IMG/VR virus record: IMGVR_UViG_3300040786_000030
Location: 120,281-184,280 of that record
Strand: one strand, 5' to 3'
DNA length: 64,000 nt
DNA from: a virus
Part shown: one piece after another, positions 41,560-50,829 of the stretch
Numbering within the stretch: position 1 is the first letter of the stretch
How the letters are laid out: each line of letters starts with the position of its first letter
Notes under the pieces: model-generated
The model's database searches: none
The model's input: the letters and a program-made list of their open reading frames with translations, nothing else
Told to the model about the DNA's origin: nothing
Translations under genes and position numbers: made by a program

Positions 41560-42141
41560 ATTCTAGTTCTAGTTGCTTTAGTAGCTGTACCCATAAATAA
41601 AAGGTTTTAATTTTTTGTTTTTACAAATTTTACTTAAAGTATGGTGAAGTCTTTGTGCATCTTCTAAGTTTTTACAAATAACCATATCAAATTGGTTTTC
41701 ATTATAAATTATTAATTTATTATAAACAACGATAATTTCTTTAACCATCTTCTTACCATGAACACCAATCATCAACCTTTTCACTATTTCACTAATTGTT
41801 GACCTTTCAGTTGTATTATCTAAACCATATATCCAGAATGTTTCCTCAATTTGATATTTTGAAGCGGATAAAATTGTCCAATCACCTAAAGGTTTTCTGT
41901 ATATAATTTACCATAACCATCTCTTAATACTCTAAATACATCATCTTTTCGGTTGTTTTAGTTACACATATTTGATATTTAACTGGTTTAATACCGTTAC
42001 TATTAATAAATACTTTTGGAAATAATATTTTATTATTTTCTTCTATTAATTCATGGAAAAAATAAAAGACGATTCTATTTTCATAGATTTATATAATGTT
42101 TTTTATATTCTCCATTTTTAGTAAAATTACTCTATATTTCA
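41560..42141 (-). CDS. hypothetical protein (frameshifted)
   Basis: Minus-strand ORF 41578-41784 extends upstream to an ATG near 42141. Confidence 0.45.
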
Positions 42142-42229
42142 TTTTGTTTAAATTATATCTTATAAATATTATAAATTTATTGTATTTTAATTTAATTATA
42201 AGTAAATTTGTAGAAATATAAAGAATCTT

Positions 42230-43249
42230 ATGAGTAAAAAAATTATTATGATATTCTAGGTGTTAAAAAAGACGCTAACCCTAGTGAGATAAAAAAATCA
42301 TATAGAAAATTAGTTAAAGAATATCATCCTGATGTAAACCCAGATAATAAAGAAGCTGAGGAAAAATTTAAGGAGATATCATCAGCGTATGAGGTTTTAT
42401 CAGATACAGATAAGAAATTAAAGTACGACCAGTTTGGTGATAGTGATGGAAACCAATCTAGAGGCTTTGGCGGTTTTGGTAATGGTTTTGGCGGTTTTGA
42501 CTTCAATTCCAAGAACAAAACCACCACAAAGAGTTGGTTTAAACATGACCCTAATTTTAAAATTGACACTTGAAGAAATCCATAATGGGGTAACTAAAAA
42601 ATTTAAATACAAAAGAAATGATACTTGTAAGACGTGTCATGGTCATGGTGCTATGGACATTACAAATTGTGAGGTATGTAATGGTAATGGTGTTATAAAT
42701 AGAATTATGCAGACACCAATAGGTGTTATACAACAAAGTTTCCCTTGTCATAATTGTCATGGTGTTGGTAGTACGTTTGTTAATAACTGTCTTGACTGTA
42801 ATGGTACTGGTAGTAAAAGTATTGAAGAAATTATCGAAGTTGTATCACCGCCTGGGATTAGGGAAGATAGTGCATTTATTATGCATGGAAAAGGTCAAGC
42901 GATTAAATCTGGTAAGTGTGGTGATTTAATAATTAACGTTAGTGAAATTTCACATGATGTATATGTTAGAAGTGGACATAATTTAAATTTGAATTTAAAG
43001 TTAAACTACCCACAATTAGTGTTGGGTGATAAAATTAGTTTAGATACCATTGATGGAACTAAGATTTTAGTTACTATACCAGAGCATAGTGAAGTCGGTT
43101 CTAATTTAAGAATACCATCTAAGGGTCTTAATATTTTAAAAGGTAGTGGTAGAGGTGATATAATAATAACATTAGATATTACTATACCTAAAGATGTATC
43201 AGATGAACTTAGAAGTATGCTAATAAATTTAAAAGAAAAACTAGAATAA
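42230..43249 (+). CDS. dnaJ: DnaJ chaperone (frameshifted)
   Basis: J-domain YYDILGV...[21 protein letters not shown] region, four CxxCxGxG repeats, C-terminal domain. Confidence 0.95.
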
Positions 43250-43320
43250 GTTGTTTCTTATTAATTTTAATAGTATTTTGTAATAATAAAATAACAGATT
43301 AATTAACACAATAAAATAAA

Positions 43321-43731
43321 ATGGCAAAATATCAACAACCATTCGAAGAGACCCAAGCATTATATGATGAGAAAATAAGAGCTAGTGGTCTAGACGCATA
43401 CATCAACATTACAATTCTATCTAGCAATAAAGCTAAAGAAATAGTAACATTAGTAAAACCTAATGAACTATTTAATTATGTAACTAAAAATGATATCTAT
43501 ATCATTGTTAATGAGAAAATTTTGACCAATTACCAGAACCGCAAAGACATATAATTGTTGAAGAATCGTTAGCTGGTATTCATTACGATACTGAAAAAGT
43601 AAACTAATATTAACACAACCAGATGTTAAAGCTTATTCAGGTATTTTATCTAAATTTGGATATGAAACTTGGAATGTACTTAGAGAATCAGTTAAAACAT
43701 TATATAAAGTAGATAAAGACGAAGAATAATG
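43321..43731 (+). CDS. hypothetical protein (frameshifted)
   Basis: ORF 43321-43554 continues in another frame. Confidence 0.45.
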
Positions 43732-44172
43732 ACTATTGAGCAAATAGATGGAATTAACCCTAACGCAATAGTGTGGGATGGGTTAGATGAAGCAATAGTT
43801 GGAATGGCAAATAAAGCTGTTAACGGTGAGATAATTATTTTAGATGGCGATGGAGAAGAAGTTATAATTGATTCATCAGATGATGCTTATTTAGAATATG
43901 GTGACGATGTTAATATAGATAGATGGGATAGAGATGAGTTCGGACCAATAGTTGCATATGATATCGATAAAATGATAGAAATTTTAGCTAAAGATATGGA
44001 AGTAGATTTAGATGATTTAGATGAATATGAAACAGAGGATGAAAGAAAATACACTTTGGCTTTAGAGTTTTACGATTACAACACAAATGGTGCTTATGTT
44101 GGTGAATTTACACCGTTACATATTCATGTAAAAAAAATTAAAATAGATAAATATGGGATTAGATTATTATAG
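43729..44172 (+). CDS. acidic hypothetical protein
   Basis: 147 aa; DGLDEAIVG...EFYDYN..GAYVGEFTP, a phage-type motif. Confidence 0.6.
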   Translation: MTIEQIDGINPNAIVWDGLDEAIVGMANKAVNGEIIILDGDGEEVIIDSSDDAYLEYGDDVNIDRWDRDEFGPIVAYDIDKMIEILAKDMEVDLDDLDEYETEDERKYTLALEFYDYNTNGAYVGEFTPLHIHVKKIKIDKYGIRLL

Positions 44173-44856
44173 TGAGTTTCAAAACTACGCAATAAAACAC
44201 ATGGGTATGAGTGGAATGGAATTCTACCAATGGGAGCAATTACAAAACACAATTTACTCAAACGTAAGTGTTCAGTCAAGTTTAACACCTTATATCTTAG
44301 AAGAAAGAGAATTAAGGGTAACGCAAATGGATATCTTTTCACGTTTGATGATGGATAGGATTATTTGGTTAGCTGGTCCTGTTAACGATAGAATGAGCAC
44401 AGTTGTTCAAGCGCAATTATTATTTTTAGATAATTTAGATAACAAAGATATTACTTTTCATGTTGATTCACCTGGTGGGTCTGTTAAATCTGGTCTTTCA
44501 ATTGTTGACCAAATGAATTATGTTAAATCTGACATTATTACGATAAATACAGGTATGGCTGCAAGCATGGGTAGTATATTATTAGGTGCTGGTACCAAGG
44601 TAAGCGATTTAGCCTACCATCTAGTAGGGTAATGTTACATCAAGTATCAACAGGTGCTTCGGGTAATATTCAAGATATTAGACGCTCAATTGCTGAGGGT
44701 GAAAAATACAATACAAAATTATTTGATTTATTAGGTGATTATTGTGGTAAATCACGTGAACAAGTATTAGAAGATGCTAATCGTGATTTATGGTTAGATG
44801 CTGAAGAAGCAAAAGCTTACGGTATAATCGATGGTGTTATAACAAAAAGAAAATAG
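44153..44856 (+). CDS. clpP: ATP-dependent Clp protease proteolytic subunit (one frameshift)
   Basis: LTPYILEER..QMDIFSRLMMDRII, QAQLLFL, DSPGGSV, GMAASMG, MLHQ, RDLWLDAEEAKAYGIID. Confidence 0.95.
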
Positions 44857-44966
44857 AAATAAATTGTAAAATACTTGATTTAAGTAAATTAATGTAGTAT
44901 CTTTGTATAAATGTGTGGGTTTATTAAAACTCACATATTTATTACAAATAAGTTCTTAAACATTAT

Positions 44967-45336
44967 GGGGTACACGGTTTTGACTGGATATAGTCGTAAA
45001 TTGTAAGCATGTAGTGCTAAATTGAAGCACTTAAAACTATCTATTAAAACATTGAATTGACAACGATTATATCGTATCAGAAAATTTCCTTAATGAAAGC
45101 AGCGTGTCTGTTTTCGAAGGAGAGGTTGCATTTGCCTAACAATTGTAAATGGTAGTAAACTACCTATGGTGTTGAAACACCAAAAAATACGTTTATAACG
45201 TGTTTAAATATATATAGGTTGTTATAGATATGGAACCATAATCATCTTAAAAGGATTGCCAGTTTATGAATTGGATAAACATGTAGAAATCGTTGAAGAA
45301 TATCTTAGGACAGGGGTTCGAACTCCCTTACCTCCA
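44967..45336 (+). ncRNA. ssrA: tmRNA
   Basis: 5' GGGGTACACGGTTTTGAC; 3' GACAGGGGTTCGAACTCCCTTACCTCCA; tag ORF 45059-45139 DNDYIVSENFLNESSVSVFEGEVAFA*; GCATGTAG/ACATGTAG pk-type motifs; promoter TATCTTTG near 44898. Confidence 0.85.
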
Positions 45337-45431
45337 AATTATCAAAATTAACTCACCTCCACGTGGTGATAATTGGAAACAGATAAAGCTGGCAAAGAAG
45401 TTAATAAAAGTGGAGATATTCGGTTTTCTAA

Positions 45432-45980
45432 ATATACACATATTTATATGTATGGAAGTGAAAATAAAATATCATAGACCACAAAGCGAAGTTAAATGTT
45501 ATTGTTGTGGTAATATTTTAAAAGATGGTAGTGAAATAAGACGCACTGAAAAATTAGGAAAGAACACTATTGTTCGTTTACTTGTGTTAGAACGGGTAGA
45601 GTTTCAAATATTAAAGGTAATGTCTCATTTTTACAATCAGATAATAGAAAAGATAAATACACAGGTTTACGAGAACATTTAAATAGAGCTAAAAAACGAG
45701 GTAAAGAAGTTAGTATTGATTTAGTGTATTTATTAGAAATATGGGAAAAAAAAAAGGTATTTGTCCATATACTGGTATAATTAACCCACCTAAAGACGCT
45801 AAATCAATACCAATGATGTACAAAGCATCTTTAGATAGGATTGATTCATCTTTAGGGTATATAATAGGTAATATTCAATTTATCAGTGCTACAGCCAATT
45901 TAGGTAAAGGTTCTATGACACATGTTGAAATGATAATGTTTTGTAAATTAATAAGGGATAATTGGAATAACGTAGATTAA
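45432..45980 (+). CDS. HNH-like endonuclease with N-terminal zinc finger (frameshifted)
   Basis: CYCC..YCS..C; GICPYTG; ASLDRIDSSLGYIIGNIQFIS..AN..K. Confidence 0.7.
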
Positions 45981-46121
45981 TCCTTACCTCCACAAATTAT
46001 TAATAATTGTTCAGAAATGATTCTATCCATAACACCTTTTGGAATAGAACTAACAACCCTCGATAAATCGCTTTGTCGGGGTTAATTTTTTTCATTTTTT
46101 GTATATTTATAATTAAAAGAA

Positions 46122-46438
46122 ATGCGAAACTTTATAAATAAATTACTTAGTGGTGAATCAGAAATATCTAGCAAAAGGTTTATAACACTTGTTGCTTTTT
46201 CTTAATGGGAACTGGTTTTATTACCAATTTATTTTGGGGTTTAACAGTTGAAGAATTTATATATGATTCAATGAAATGGATTGTAATTGGCGGTTTAGGG
46301 TTTACAGCTTCAGAACAATTTAGTAAAACAAAGAATGATAAGGATAATAATACTAAACAAGACACTAACGACGAAGAACCTATAGATTATTATAGTGATA
46401 AAAATAAAGGCCCATATGGGCCTTTAAATTATTCTTAG
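46122..46438 (+). CDS. small membrane protein (holin-like?)
   Basis: ISSKRF motif plus two transmembrane helices and a charged tail. Confidence 0.4.
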
Positions 46439-46867
46439 GTGGTTTGCACCCACAATCTTTTGTGCTTTCATAGTTATATTTTTAGTTAATGTTATGTTAT
46501 TTATAAATACTTTACAAAGTAAAAATAGTTAATATATTTATATATGTTAAAAGAAGAATATACGGTATCAATACTAGATAGTAAATGGAAAGAGGTAAAA
46601 AGAAATATTAATATTTTATTTATACCTAGAAAAAATGAATATATATACTTAGATGAACAATATTATGAAGTAATAAATATTGTACATGTAATTAATGAAA
46701 AACAAGATATTTTATAATTATTGACGAGGTAGTTAAAAAGAAGTACCATAAAATGCTGATAATCAGGTGTTTAATAAATAAGTTAAAAATAAGGTAAAAA
46801 AACTTGACATAACACGTATTTATTAGTATCTTTGTATATAATTAATAATAAACGTTCTTAAATATCT

Positions 46868-47058
46868 AAAAATAGTTTCGGCATACAAAAAAAACAATTA
46901 GAGAAAAGTTGTGAGTCTTGGTTACTTATTTAACGGAAATACAATGTGTTTTCTTATAAGTTCACGAAAGTGTAATAAAACTCATCATGTTATGGTATCA
47001 TGTAAAAGTTAACCCATGAGCACGTTAATCATGTAAAATAATACGAACCACTATTTTG
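46868..47058 (+). ncRNA. structured ncRNA, CAGCAA family copy 2 (long, divergent)
   Basis: AAAATAGT-TTCGGCAT ... CGAA-CC-ACTATTTT-G closing stem; follows promoter TATCTTTG near 46827. Confidence 0.5.
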
Positions 47059-47069
47059 AGATAATAATA

Positions 47070-47126
47070 TGGTAAAAGAATCAGTTCAGCAATTAAAACT
47101 TATAAAGTAAAAAATGATTCTGACCA
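47070..47126 (+). ncRNA. structured ncRNA, CAGCAA family copy 3 (short)
   Basis: TGGT..AGAATCA-GTTCAGCAA...TGATTCT-G-ACCA. Confidence 0.6.
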
Positions 47127-47132
47127 AATAAA

Positions 47133-47193
47133 TTACTATTTGCACCGATATGTGCGACACTGAAAAGTGAGAGGTGTAACCCCTTTATAGTAA
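47133..47193 (+). tRNA. degenerate tRNA-like element (Phe-like loop)
   Basis: TTACTAT/ATAGTAA acceptor, GCAC/GTGC D stem, CAC-TGAAAA-GTG, non-canonical T arm. Confidence 0.35.
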
Positions 47194-47200
47194 ACTAAAT

Positions 47201-47274
47201 AGCGGAATAGAGCAGTAGGTCAGCTCGCAAGGCTCATAACCTTGAGGTCGTAGGTTCGAATCCTTCTTCCGCAA
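47201..47274 (+). tRNA. tRNA-Met(CAT), initiator-like
   Basis: Canonical cloverleaf, CTCATAA loop, 1:72 mismatch. Confidence 0.9.
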
Positions 47275-47300
47275 CAACGTTGGAGAACATAAACTCATAT

Positions 47301-47367
47301 GGGGAAGTCGTCTAAGATTAAGAACCACCATTAGGTGGTGATAATGGTTCAAGTCCATTCTTCCTTA
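47301..47367 (+). tRNA. tRNA-like RNA with a 4-nt loop in place of the anticodon loop
   Basis: GGGGAAG/CTTCCTT acceptor, AATGG-TTCAAGT-CCATT T arm, ACCACC-ATTA-GGTGGT arm. Confidence 0.6.
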
Positions 47368-47373
47368 CTAAAT

Positions 47374-47446
47374 TGCGAGGTAGAGCAGTAGGTAGCTCAA
47401 CAGGCTCATAACCTGAAGGTCGGTGGTTCGAGTCCATCCTTCGCTA
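47374..47446 (+). tRNA. tRNA-Met(CAT), initiator-like
   Basis: Cloverleaf, CTCATAA loop, U1:U72 mismatch. Confidence 0.9.
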
Positions 47447-47450
47447 CAAA

Positions 47451-47513
47451 AGAATAGTTACAGCAAATAAACAAAACTTTAAATCTTAATTAAACTAAAA
47501 ACATACTATTCTG
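47451..47513 (+). ncRNA. structured ncRNA, CAGCAA family copy 4 (short)
   Basis: AGAATAGT-TACAGCAA...TTTAA-ATCTTAA-TTAAA...ACTATTCT-G; terminator at about 47521-47548. Confidence 0.6.
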
Positions 47514-47576
47514 AAACACAAATCCTCACTCAAAAGTGGGGATTTTTATAATAATAAAGACTAAAACAAGTAAAAA

Positions 47577-48255
47577 ATGAAAACAATTCATTTAGAAATC
47601 AGAGATGGTAACGGTGGGTCCGATGCAAAGCTATTAGTAACACAAATGCAAGACATTTACACTAAAACAGCTAAAATTAACAATCTAGAATGTTCAATAG
47701 TTGACGTTAGAGATGGTTTTGTTCATCTATGTCTTTAGCGGTTCTGACCCAAAAAAATATTTAATAATGAACAAGGTGTGCATTCTTGGCATCGAGTCCC
47801 ACCAACAGAAAAAAAAAGGTAGAGTTCATACAAGCTCCATAACAGTTGTTATTTTAGAAGATAATAACTATAAAGAGAAAAACCTTTCAACTAATGAAGT
47901 TAAAATCGAAACAACTAGAGGTCAAGGTCCAGGTGGTCAGCATCGGAATACCACAGATTCAACGGTTGTAATAACTCATGAATCCACAGGTATCAAAGTT
48001 GTTAGGAATGGAAGATGTCAACATAAGAACAAAGCTGAGGCTTTAATTGAATTAACCAAAAGAGTTAATGAATTTTATAGATGTGGACATAATTCTATCG
48101 ACATTGAACATCGAAGAGGTCAGATAGGTAATGGTGAAAGAAGTGATAAACGAAGAACATATCGTGTAAAAGATAATTCAGTCAGTGACCATATAACAAA
48201 CAAAACAGCGTCACTAAAAGATATACTTAGAGGTAAAATAGAATTATTATCATAA
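47577..48255 (+). CDS. RF1-like class I peptide chain release factor (domains 2-4 only), with a candidate programmed +1 frameshift
   Basis: LEIRDGNGGSDA; EQGVH.WHRVPPTEKKGRVHTS (RF1-type PxT); GPGGQHRNTTDS; GERSDKRRTY; CTT TAG C at 47733-47739. Confidence 0.85.
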
Positions 48256-48720
48256 TTAAATTCCCCAATTGGGGAATTTTTTATTTAAAAAGTTAGAATA
48301 TTTAAATAAATAAATGTATCTTTGCTTTATGATAAATATGTTATAGATATGGGTATGTTTGATTTTTTAATAAATAGTAATAAAAAGCTAAGGTTGGTAT
48401 AGAATATATCTATCTATCAAATACAGCTTGGGTAGGTGGACTGAAAACCAGTCAAATATGGGTCAATTATGGTAGATGTTATTAAACTACCTAATGATTC
48501 TTTTGAGTTTACCGATAAATTGAGTGGAATTAGATATACAACTAATTATGGGTGGTCTTTAGCTGAAAACACACCAGAGAATATAATGAGTATTAATGAT
48601 TATTTAGTATCTAATGCTAAATTAGAAATATTAGAAAGAAGTACAAGATTATTACGTAAGAAAATAAATGACTTAAATGGTCCTAGTAAAATAAATAATA
48701 ACGATTTAAAATAGAAAAAT

Positions 48721-49232
48721 ATGAATAATAATAAATTTCCTAAATTACTCTTGGTTGGAAATATGAGACATGGGAAAGATTCAATGGCTGAAATACTAGG
48801 TGAAAATTTTGGTTTAAAATTTAAATCGTCATCACAAGCTGCTGCTGATATTTTATATATGATAAATTGAAGGTTAAGTATGGTTATAAAACATCTGAAG
48901 AATGTTTTGAAGACCGAGTAAACCATAGAAGTGAATGGTATGATATGATATGTGAATATAATTTAAATGATAAGGCTAAATTAGCTAAGGGTATTTTAGA
49001 AATCACTGATTGTTATGTTGGAATGAGGGATAGAAATGAAATAAGCGAGTGTATTAATCAAGGGTTATTTGATTTAATTGTTTGGGTCGATGCTAGTGAT
49101 AGATTACCGTTAGAGGATAGTTCATCGTTTAATATTGATAAAGCATGTGCTGATGTTATATTAGATAATAATGGTACTTATGAACAATTTGTTGAGCGTG
49201 TTATTAGGTTTGGTAAAGTTTTAATAAAATAA
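48721..49232 (+). CDS. P-loop kinase, dNMP-kinase-like (frameshifted)
   Basis: LLLVGNMRHGKDSMAE Walker A; YVGMRDRNE; ILDNNGT. Confidence 0.65.
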
Positions 49233-49800
49233 TTATGGCATATATAAGTAATGTTGAATACGAAAATATAAAAATGGTGCTATGGATGGTACCAAGGAAA
49301 ACCCAGTTATTGGGAGATTTGATAAAACTATAAATTAGCTCTATATTTAGGTTACAAATTAAAATGGGATTATGATTATAGTTATAATAATTCAATTAAT
49401 GGTTATTTTCATGTAATAGAACCAATGTTTAAAAAAATCATATAATAGGTTTGACTTTGAATACGTGTCTGATGATACAATTAATTATACTTGGGATTTC
49501 ATCATGGTAGAGGTTCTGCCTAAAATTAAAGAAGATGGTCTTTACGATGATACTATGAGTAAATCGTTAAATGATTTAGATTTAGTATCTCTATTTAATG
49601 CTATTATGGTAGTTATAAATAAAAAATATATTTAATATTTACTTGTATATTTAAAATATAGTTGTATATTTGCACAAGATAAATGAGGTGGTAACTTTTA
49701 CTAGGATAAAAATCGTTGAAGCTAATAAGACAATTAGGTTGGTAAACAATACGTTGGGAGCTAATAGTTGAGAAAATAAAGCGGTAATAAATAACCAAAT

Positions 49801-49872
49801 GGTCTATTGGTCGAGTGGTAAGATAGTAGTCTCTAAAACTAAAGATGGTGGGTTCGAGCCCCACATAGACTA
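49801..49872 (+). tRNA. amber suppressor tRNA (anticodon CTA)
   Basis: GGTCTAT/ATAGACT acceptor, D arm, TAGT-CTCTAAA-ACTA (CTA at 49833-49835), GTGGG-TTCGAGC-CCCAC. Confidence 0.85.
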
Positions 49873-49885
49873 CAAAAAATAAGAT

Positions 49886-49956
49886 TCCGTGTTGTGGGTA
49901 ACGGCAACTTAACCTCGAAAGCAGGGGTGATTCTGGTTCGAATCCAGAGCACGGTA
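49886..49956 (+). tRNA. tRNA-like RNA with atypical anticodon loop (GAAAGCA)
   Basis: CCGTGT/GCACGG acceptor, TCTGG-TTCGAAT-CCAGA T arm; loop lacks U33. Confidence 0.55.
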
Positions 49957-50019
49957 CAAATTAACTTGACTTTTAATTAAATGTCATATATTTATTATTA
50001 ACAAACAAAACAATAAAAA

Positions 50020-50368
50020 ATGAAGTAGGTAAACGAAAAATTAAGGGTAGTTACAAGACGAGATTTAAATCTTGCACATCAAGCAGTTCAATCTGGACAT
50101 GCAGCTATTGATTTTCAACATGAACACTTAGTTGAAGCAAAACAATGGCAAACACAATCAAATTATTTAGCATTTTTAACGGTAAACGATGAACCAGAAT
50201 TAATTAAATTAATTTCTAAGGCAATACTAATTGGTATAAAGCACACTATTTTTTAGAGAACCAGATATAGGTAATCAAATAACAGCTGTAGCGTTTGAAC
50301 CAAGTGATTTATCTAGGAAATTAACTAGTTCATGTAGTTTATTAGGGAAGGAGTTATCCAATGCTTAA
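50020..50368 (+). CDS. Pth2-like peptidyl-tRNA hydrolase with in-frame TAG at codon 3
   Basis: ATG AAG TAG, then KLRVVTRRDL..AHQAVQSGHAA...FREPDIGNQITAVA; one extra T near 50254. Confidence 0.7.
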
Positions 50369-50620
50369 TATATCAATACAAAAGAACTGATATTATTTTA
50401 CACTTTAATAAAATGCATTTACAAGATGCTAACATCCCAATGTGGGTAATTAAAGCTAAGGTCAGACATATTATGTAAATCATGTTGATATGGATTCTGG
50501 AATTGGTTTTCAACAAAAGAAACACCAGATAATCCATCAACAAAGGGTTCATTAAAATTTAAAGGTAAGTTAGATATAACTGATGAAAATAATACCGTAA
50601 ACGCAAGGATTTACGGTTAA
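50361..50620 (+). CDS. hypothetical protein (frameshifted)
   Basis: FHFNK..IPMWVIKAKG..YYVNHVD..STKETPDNPSTKGSLKFKG. Confidence 0.45.
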
Positions 50621-50625
50621 AACAA

Positions 50626-50694
50626 GGCGAGGTAATCAAATGGTAGGTACAGTTTTGAAAGACTGGTATGTTGGTTCGAATCCAGCCCTCGCCT
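50626..50694 (+). tRNA. tRNA of undetermined identity (6-nt loop TTGAAA)
   Basis: GGCGAGG/CCTCGCC acceptor, CAGTT/GACTG stem, canonical T arm; possible homopolymer deletion. Confidence 0.6.
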
Positions 50695-50730
50695 CTGATA
50701 ATAATAATAATAATTTAAAAAATAGAAACT

Positions 50731-50757
50731 ATGAAATAGATACGAAAACCACCTTAA
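50731..50757 (+). other. mini-ORF M-K-amber-I-R-K-P-P-ochre
   Basis: ATG AAA TAG ATA CGA AAA CCA CCT TAA after an A-rich initiation region. Confidence 0.5.
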
Positions 50758-50829
50758 GTTTTATTACTTTACATGACTCGGATATTCAGTTATCAATAAA
50801 ATAAAATTATAAAACTTAAAAAAAACAAA

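Noticed and set aside
45293-45682. 129-aa ORF overlapping the tmRNA 3' end
   Set aside because: The upstream part is tmRNA sequence; the real start is likely the ATG near 45432.
50245-50260. TTT TAG as a second shifty stop in the Pth gene
   Set aside because: It lies in a 6-T run, so a homopolymer insertion is the simpler explanation; still worth a read check. It also shows that T insertions do occur in this assembly.
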